Of a DNA stretch of 64,000 bases, positions 58,309-64,000 are shown one piece after another; positions within the stretch are counted from its first letter, which is position 1, and each line of letters begins with the position of its first letter. This DNA comes from Sandaracinaceae bacterium (GTDB taxonomy: Bacteria > Myxococcota_A > Polyangia > Polyangiales > Sandaracinaceae). The translations under genes were made by a program, and so were the position numbers. The notes under the pieces were generated by a model. That model ran no database searches. It worked only from the letters and a program-made list of their open reading frames with translations, and was not told the DNA's origin. The DNA is taken from contig JBGAQA010000030.1 in assembly GCA_044220955.1 (NCBI GenBank), positions 1 through 64,000 of the forward strand. The letters run 5' to 3'.

Positions 58309-59364
58309 ATGCGGCGACGCGTACGCATGATCTGCATCGGCATCGTCCTGGCGGGCGCGGGAGCCTCCTGTACGGCGCTGCGCCCGCTCGATCCGCTCGA
58401 CGCGGGGCAGCGCACCGACGCCGCCGCGCTCGACGCGACGAGCGGCCCCGACGCGAGCGTGGACGCGGCGAGTCCGGACGCAGCGCGCCTCGACGCGCCG
58501 AGCCCGGACGCCGCCGGCGCGGACGCGCGCTGTGCCGGCGTCGAGCTCTGCAACGGGCTCGACGACGACTGTGACGCGCGCACCCCCGATGGCGCCTCGG
58601 ATCCAGCGGTGGGCATCGCCTGCGACGGGCCCGACTCCGACGCCTGCCTCGAGGGCGTCAGCCGCTGCGCCGACGGCGGCAGCGTCGCGTGCGACGACGC
58701 GACCTCCTCGACGCCCGAGGTCTGCGACGGCACCACCGACGAGGACTGCGACGGGATGATCGACGAGGCGGGCGCGCTCTCGGGCGTGACCTATTACCTC
58801 GACGCCGACCGCGACACCTACGGCGACTCGGCGACGGCGATGAGCGCCTGCACCCCGCCGGCGACGAGCGCCGCCCGCGGCGGCGACTGCGACGACACGA
58901 GATCGGACGTGCGCCCGCTCGCGGCGGAGCTCTGCGACGGGCTCGACACCGACTGCGACGGTCTGGTCGACGACGGAAATCCCTGCCCGCGGTGCGACAC
59001 GCGGACGAACGCAGGTCGCACGTATCAGCTCTGCGCGCGCGACGCGCTCAGCTGGGACGCCGCACGGATGGCGTGCATGGCGATGGGCTACGACCTCGCG
59101 AAGATCGAGAGCGACGCCGAGCAGAGGTTCATCGAGACCCTGGTGCCTGCGGGAGGCTTCACCACCGGCCTCTGGGTCGGGCTGCACAGCGACGCGGCCG
59201 GCGTGTTCACGTGGACCGACGGATCCATCCCGGTCTTCACGGCGTGGGCGAGCGGCGAGCCGAACCTGACCAGCTCGTGCGTTCGTCTGCGCGCCACGGT
59301 CGGCGGTCTCTGGACCGACACCGGGTGCACGGTCACGAGCTACTACCTGTGCGAGGCACCCTGA
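58309..59364 (+). CDS. Lipoprotein with MopE-like metal-binding repeats and C-terminal C-type lectin domain
   Basis: ELCNGLDDDCD-type repeats; SWDAARMAC, LAKIES..E, WVGL, FTWTDGS, W.SGEPN and W.DTGC...YLCE. Confidence 0.85.
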   Translation: MRRRVRMICIGIVLAGAGASCTALRPLDPLDAGQRTDAAALDATSGPDASVDAASPDAARLDAPSPDAAGADARCAGVELCNGLDDDCDARTPDGASDPAVGIACDGPDSDACLEGVSRCADGGSVACDDATSSTPEVCDGTTDEDCDGMIDEAGALSGVTYYLDADRDTYGDSATAMSACTPPATSAARGGDCDDTRSDVRPLAAELCDGLDTDCDGLVDDGNPCPRCDTRTNAGRTYQLCARDALSWDAARMACMAMGYDLAKIESDAEQRFIETLVPAGGFTTGLWVGLHSDAAGVFTWTDGSIPVFTAWASGEPNLTSSCVRLRATVGGLWTDTGCTVTSYYLCEAP

Positions 59365-59388
59365 CCGGCTCGGGTCCGCGCGACGCCG

Positions 59389-59907
59389 TCAGCCGTCGTC
59401 GTCCGTAGCCGCCACGACGTGTCGTGCGCCCGAGCCGAACAAGATCGCCACGAGCTCGGCCTCCGCCACGCCGAGGGCGTCCTGCGCCGCGAGCGACACG
59501 CGCCCACCGCGCGGCTGGGCGAGCGCGACGAGACGCGCGTCGTCGAGTGCGACAGGCGGTGGATCTCCGGGCTCCGTCGCCGCGTACCCAGCGGCCCACG
59601 CGCGGGCGCCCTCGAGATCCCGCGCTCCCGCGGCTCGCATCCGGAGCGCCACCCGCAGCCAACCGTGGAAGCTCGAGACCGTCGCCGCCCACGCGGGCAC
59701 CGCGCCGCCTTCGAGCGCGTTCTCGAGCGCGGCGAGGCGTCCCTCGAGCGAGCCCATCGTGCGCGTGTCGAGCTCGCGGAGCGCCCCGGGAAAGCGCGTC
59801 GCGAGCGCGCGCAGCCGGCCATCGTCACGCGGCCCCGCCTCCCGCCGCAGGGCGATCATCTCGCGGTACTTCGCCGCGAGCGCCTCGAGCTCGGCGCGGT
59901 CCGTCAC
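59389..59907 (-). CDS. Hypothetical protein
   Basis: GTGA overlap with the upstream gene; FPGALRELD segment. Confidence 0.6.
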   Translation of the reverse strand: MTDRAELEALAAKYREMIALRREAGPRDDGRLRALATRFPGALRELDTRTMGSLEGRLAALENALEGGAVPAWAATVSSFHGWLRVALRMRAAGARDLEGARAWAAGYAATEPGDPPPVALDDARLVALAQPRGGRVSLAAQDALGVAEAELVAILFGSGARHVVAATDDDG

Positions 59908-61475
59908 GCCTTGCCGAGGTAGATCTTGAGCATCTCGGTCGCGGCCGCCTTGTCGAAGGGCACCTCGCGGAGCTCCGCTCGGGCCGACACCTGCTCGAAG
60001 AGCGTGCCGAGGAACTTCGAGAACGCGCGGCACTCCGCCACGGCGTGATCCATGCGCTTGGGATCGAGCAGATCCACGTCGCGCAGATCCTCGAGCGCGC
60101 GCAGGAACGGATCGATGCGCTCGTAGTCGTGCGCGCGCACGAGCTGGTAGCCGATCGCCCGGAAGTGCATGAGGAAGTCACGCACGTACTGGAAGCCCGT
60201 GTGACCGAGCCAGACGTCGGGGGAGCCGGACGTGACCGCGCTCATGGCCAGGAATGCGCGAACGATCTGCTGGAACATCCAGACCTCACGCCGCAGGCGA
60301 TCGCTCGCCGCGCGCCGCGCCGCAGTGTCGGCCGAGAGCTCGGGGAGCGGCGCCCCGGGCCGCACCTCCTGGCAGAGCGCGTGGATCGCGGCGTGGATCG
60401 ACGCGCGCAGCTGCGCCATCCCCACGACCATCTGCGGGCCGAGATCCTTGTCCGCCTCCGCCTGATCGGGCGAGGGGAGCTCGTGCTCGAACACGCGCCG
60501 CACCTCGAGGCGGAGCGAACCGGCGATCGCCTCCATCGCGCTGCGCAGCGAGGCGAGCGTGCGCGCCTCCGTCGCGAGCTCCCGGTGACGTGCGGAGATC
60601 TCGCGCGCGGGGATGGCGAGCAGATCGCGCTCGAAGCCGTCGGCAACCGAGTCGGCCGCGCGCTGCGCGAGGTACTTCACGAGCGCGCGCACGTCGCTGC
60701 GCAGCACCGCGAGGATCACGTACGCGCGGCGCATTCCGAGCGGGTCGGTCGCGTAGTGGTCGACGAGCTCCGTGTAGCGCAGCGCGCGGAAGAGCGTCAG
60801 GAACGCCAGCGCGAGGACCCGGTGCGCGCTCTGGGTGCGCACCGACGCCAGCACGTCGAGCACCTCGGCGCTCCGGATCCGATCGAGCTCGCCCCGGAAC
60901 TCGAGCGCCATGAGCGGGTTGAAGTACGCGTTGCGCCCGATCTCGCGGACGATGATCCCGTGGTGGGCGTAGTACAGGCGGTTACCGATCCGACCGAGGC
61001 GCAGGAGGCCCTCCGAGAGATCGACGAAGGCGCCGAACGCGTTGCGCAGGACGAAGAGCGCCTCTTCGGGTGTGTCCTGGGCGAGCTGCTCCTGGACGAG
61101 CTTGCCGCGCGCCGCGTCCTCGGGGACGACCGTCTCGAGGTAGCGCGCGAAGGTGTACGCGCGCTCGCGGTCGCCGAGCAGCGTCTTGGTGAGCGCGACG
61201 ACGCGGTGGCTCGCGTCGCGGAGCACCCGCATGTGCTCGTGGAAGTCCTGCGCGACCGCCGTCTTGCCCTGCGGCGTGCCTGGGTGGTTCCGCTGGTTGC
61301 CGTAGCAGGCGATGCCCTTGAGGAGCATCTCCAGCTCGAAGAGCGTGTCCTCCTTCTTGTCCCAGGGCAGCGAGGCGAACCACCCGTCGCGCGCCGTGCT
61401 CTGGTCACGCCGCAGCCCGCGCGTGTCGCGCAGCAGGTTGGCGTAGACGTCACGCTCGGTCGCGAGGCGAACCAT
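59904..61475 (-). CDS. Hypothetical helical protein, 523 aa
   Basis: Long ORF with strong coding bias; no family recognised. Confidence 0.75.
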   Translation of the reverse strand: MVRLATERDVYANLLRDTRGLRRDQSTARDGWFASLPWDKKEDTLFELEMLLKGIACYGNQRNHPGTPQGKTAVAQDFHEHMRVLRDASHRVVALTKTLLGDRERAYTFARYLETVVPEDAARGKLVQEQLAQDTPEEALFVLRNAFGAFVDLSEGLLRLGRIGNRLYYAHHGIIVREIGRNAYFNPLMALEFRGELDRIRSAEVLDVLASVRTQSAHRVLALAFLTLFRALRYTELVDHYATDPLGMRRAYVILAVLRSDVRALVKYLAQRAADSVADGFERDLLAIPAREISARHRELATEARTLASLRSAMEAIAGSLRLEVRRVFEHELPSPDQAEADKDLGPQMVVGMAQLRASIHAAIHALCQEVRPGAPLPELSADTAARRAASDRLRREVWMFQQIVRAFLAMSAVTSGSPDVWLGHTGFQYVRDFLMHFRAIGYQLVRAHDYERIDPFLRALEDLRDVDLLDPKRMDHAVAECRAFSKFLGTLFEQVSARAELREVPFDKAAATEMLKIYLGKA

Positions 61476-61529
61476 CGGGGGCGAGAGGATACCCGCTATC
61501 GGGGCGGGGCGGCGAGCGCGCGCTCGCGG

Positions 61530-61934
61530 TCACGGCATGACCGTCAGCCGGCCGAGCTTGCGTACGCGGTAGACGGCGAAGTCGCGTCGGTCGAGCGTGA
61601 GCACGCGCCGGATCGACTCGCGCTCGGCGACGCACACCAGCGCGGCGTCGGCGAGGTCCATCGGCAGGTCTCGATACTTCGTCATCAGCTCGCGGATCCG
61701 AGCGAGGTCTTCCGCGCCGAGCGGGAGCAGGCGGGGCGCACCGCGCGACACCATCTCGAAGAGGCGCTCCTGCGCCTCGTGCGAGTCGCGCAGCAGGGAC
61801 GACGCCTCGGTCAACACCGGCCAGACGGTACCGATCGGCTCGCGGATCCCGCGGAGCGCCGCCACGACAGCCGAGTGGTGCCGGTCGGACGCATCGATGA
61901 GCGCGATCAGTAGGCCCGCATCGACGAGGATCAT
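61530..61934 (-). CDS. vapC: PIN domain toxin (VapC-like)
   Basis: ILVDAG, VLTEA, MDLADA and LTLDRRDF acidic PIN motifs. Confidence 0.9.
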   Translation of the reverse strand: MILVDAGLLIALIDASDRHHSAVVAALRGIREPIGTVWPVLTEASSLLRDSHEAQERLFEMVSRGAPRLLPLGAEDLARIRELMTKYRDLPMDLADAALVCVAERESIRRVLTLDRRDFAVYRVRKLGRLTVMP

Positions 61935-62188
61935 CGCTTCCGCGCGGCGAGCAGGCGCGCGTAGCGCTCACCGGTGCGCTCGGACAGGTCGCCTCGTCCG
62001 CTGCGCCACGACCCGACGAGGTCGGCGATGACGTCGTAGGGAGACGTGGTCTCGTCACCGGCGCTCGCGGCGTCGCGCAGCGCGAGGCGAATCACGTCCG
62101 ATCGCGTGGTCCCGCGCCGGCGCGCCTCGCGGCGTACCCAAGCTTCGGACTCCGGGTCGAGGCGTACGCTCTGCGGCATGTAGTACAT
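61931..62188 (-). CDS. Ribbon-helix-helix (CopG-like) antitoxin
   Basis: SVRLD...TRSDVIRLAL; ATGA overlap with the toxin; the start may be 62179. Confidence 0.82.
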   Translation of the reverse strand: MYYMPQSVRLDPESEAWVRREARRRGTTRSDVIRLALRDAASAGDETTSPYDVIADLVGSWRSGRGDLSERTGERYARLLAARKR

Positions 62189-62199
62189 GGTGTACTACA
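62179..62199. promoter_or_regulatory. Inverted-repeat operator at the antitoxin start
   Basis: TGTAGTACA-TGG-TGTACTACA, a perfect 9-3-9 inverted repeat. Confidence 0.75.
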
Positions 62200-62233
62200 G
62201 CGCGCCGCGTCGCCAGCACAGAATCGACGGCTC

Positions 62234-62809
62234 TTAGCGGGGCGGGGCGGCGAGCGCGCGCTCGAGCGCATCGACGTTCGTGCGACCGAGCGAGTTCACC
62301 AGCACGTGCGCGGCGCCGCGCGCGGAGACGAGGCGCGCCTCCCAGCCGGGCGGGGGCTGGTAGATCGCGCCCAGGAGCTCTCGAAGGAAGAGGACGCAGC
62401 GGCCGCCCCCGGCCTCGCAGACGGCGAGCTCGAGGACGAGCTGCGGCAGGCTGCCGCGCCCGGTGTGCACGGCCTCGCGCACGAAGCCGCGCTCGACGCG
62501 GAAGGGCCCGACGTACGAGATCGTGGCCTTGCCGGGCGGCGTCACGTCGAGACGGAGCGCCTCGCCCGTCCACCCGAGCACGACCGTCGCGCGCGTCCGC
62601 ATCGCGACGAGCCACGTGATCGCTGCGAAGAGCGCGAACGTCCCGAGGCCGAGCTCGACGCCGAGCGTGCGCGACTCGTCGCTGCTCGGCCCGGCGAAGA
62701 GCACCACGCCCACCATCACGAGGCCGACCAGCGCGAGCGCGGCCGGGACCGCGAGCAGCGCCTGGCCGCCCGGCGTGGTGAGGTTCGAGGCGCGCCAGCG
62801 GACGTTCAT
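62234..62809 (-). CDS. Hypothetical protein with two TM helices
   Basis: Two hydrophobic helices then a soluble domain; ATGA overlap with the upstream gene. Confidence 0.6.
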   Translation of the reverse strand: MNVRWRASNLTTPGGQALLAVPAALALVGLVMVGVVLFAGPSSDESRTLGVELGLGTFALFAAITWLVAMRTRATVVLGWTGEALRLDVTPPGKATISYVGPFRVERGFVREAVHTGRGSLPQLVLELAVCEAGGGRCVLFLRELLGAIYQPPPGWEARLVSARGAAHVLVNSLGRTNVDALERALAAPPR

Positions 62810-63447
62810 CGCTCCTCGATCGCCAGCCCGAGCGCGCGCGCCTTCTCCTCGCGGAGCGCGGTGTATCCGCGGTCCCAGCGCGGCGCGCACGACGGATCCC
62901 AGGCGGCGACCGGGATCGCGCCCTCGGCGGCGAGCGCGCGATGCAGCAGGCGCTCGGCCTCCGGGTCGCGGCGGAACGGGAACGGGTTGCGGTGCGCGCC
63001 CGGCGCGAGCGGTCCGTACTTGCTGTCGCGCGCCCGGACGAGCGCGCAGAGCTCGGCGGCGCGTTGCTCGGAGTAGTCGAGGAACGCGGCGTCGTAGGGC
63101 CCCACGCCTCGTCGCGCGTCGGGGTCGCGCGCGACCCAGCGCGCCCAGTCGAAGCCGTAGAGGAAGTCGTGCGCGTAGCGGAAGCGGAGCGGCGTCTCCT
63201 GCCCGAAGAGCGCGTGCACCGCGGCGATGCGCTCCGCGTGCGCGAGGGCAGCCGCCTCGCCCTCGCGCGCGCGTGTCCTCTCCAGCGCGGCCGCGACGAG
63301 GTCGAGGTCGGCGAAGACGTTCTCGGGAAAGTGGCGCGCGATGGCCACCGCGATCGCCTCGAGCCCGGCCCGCACGGCCCCGGAGCGCGCGAGCGCGTCG
63401 AGGGAGGTCGCCTCCTGCCGCGCCGGATCGAGCGACGCGCTCGTCAC
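62806..63447 (-). CDS. Conserved-looking hypothetical protein
   Basis: Aromatic-rich core FPENVFADLD...FRYAHDFLYGFDWARWV...HRNPFPF.R; GTGA overlap with the upstream gene. Confidence 0.65.
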   Translation of the reverse strand: MTSASLDPARQEATSLDALARSGAVRAGLEAIAVAIARHFPENVFADLDLVAAALERTRAREGEAAALAHAERIAAVHALFGQETPLRFRYAHDFLYGFDWARWVARDPDARRGVGPYDAAFLDYSEQRAAELCALVRARDSKYGPLAPGAHRNPFPFRRDPEAERLLHRALAAEGAIPVAAWDPSCAPRWDRGYTALREEKARALGLAIEER

Positions 63448-64000
63448 AGGCCGAACCACGGGCCGAGCGCGAGCAGCATCGCGATCCCGAGCGCGCTCTC
63501 CCAGCTCGAGCGGTGGAGCGCTGCCTTGAGCTTGCTCTGCGCGTCGAACGCGTCCGTCGTCGCGTCCTTCGAGAGCCGCATCAGCGCCGGCCACGTGAGG
63601 CCTTGGAGCGCGGCCGCGAGCCCGAGCGCCGCCGTCGGAGTGCCGTGCGGGATCAGCGCGGCGAGCGCCCACGCGACGGGCCCGAGCGCCGCGCACGCGA
63701 GCATCACCCTCCGCGCGAGCGTGCTTCCCAGCATGGTCACGAGCGTGCGCTTGCCGCCCTCGCGATCGCTGCGCTCGTCGGAGAGGCCGCTCGCCACCGC
63801 GCTCGCGAGCGCGAGGAACGCGAAGCCCGGCAGCACGTCGAGCGCGGGCATCCACGCCCGGCCCGACTGCAGGTACGCGCTGAGCCAGGGCAGCACGAGC
63901 CCGACGCCGAGCGCCTCGAGCAGCTCCCCGCCGCCGCGGTAGTTCAGCCGCAGCGGCGGCAGCGTGTACGCGACGAAGATCCCGAGCGCGAGCGCCCCGA
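63444..64000 (-). CDS. Partial UbiA family prenyltransferase (MenA-like), 5' end outside the window
   Basis: YTLPPLRLNYRGGGELLE and LSDERSDREGGKRTL mirror the motifs of 57317-58195. Confidence 0.78.
   Translation of the reverse strand, partial: GALALGIFVAYTLPPLRLNYRGGGELLEALGVGLVLPWLSAYLQSGRAWMPALDVLPGFAFLALASAVASGLSDERSDREGGKRTLVTMLGSTLARRVMLACAALGPVAWALAALIPHGTPTAALGLAAALQGLTWPALMRLSKDATTDAFDAQSKLKAALHRSSWESALGIAMLLALGPWFGL

Noticed and set aside
61530..62199. VapBC pair as the marker of a defence or mobile island
   Set aside because: Ordinary solitary toxin-antitoxin module; no flanking repeats or other defence genes were recognised.

Overview
Very GC-rich, gene-dense bacterial window whose protein families (Cys-rich repeat lipoproteins, AgmX/TonB-like C-terminal domain, PPC-domain lipoproteins) point to a myxobacterium of Polyangiales/Sandaracinaceae type; the taxonomy is inference. 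The stand-out locus is a minus-strand operon at 37846-44814 that looks like an expanded His-Xaa-Ser (Hxs) radical-SAM peptide-modification system. It encodes a twin-arginine-signal protein, two HxsD-like proteins, the HxsB maturase, a 128-aa precursor ending in 14 His-x-Ser triplets plus HGQW, three more radical SAM enzymes and a closely coupled 2Fe-2S ferredoxin. Directly downstream is a ~4.9 kb block with no recognisable integrase, bounded by a ~45 bp direct repeat and carrying two inverted fragments of that ferredoxin gene. The window also holds a Fur-box-preceded iron-uptake operon (imelysin, di-heme protein, imelysin, TonB receptor, HTTM/vitamin-K-carboxylase-like protein) near two MenA-like prenyltransferases, an envelope glycosylation cluster with a flippase-sulfatase fusion, a probably inactive KDPG-aldolase homologue, a serpin, proteases, PPIases and a VapBC-type pair with its operator. 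No rRNA, tRNA, CRISPR array or transposase was recognised. All calls come from reading motifs by eye; no searches were run.
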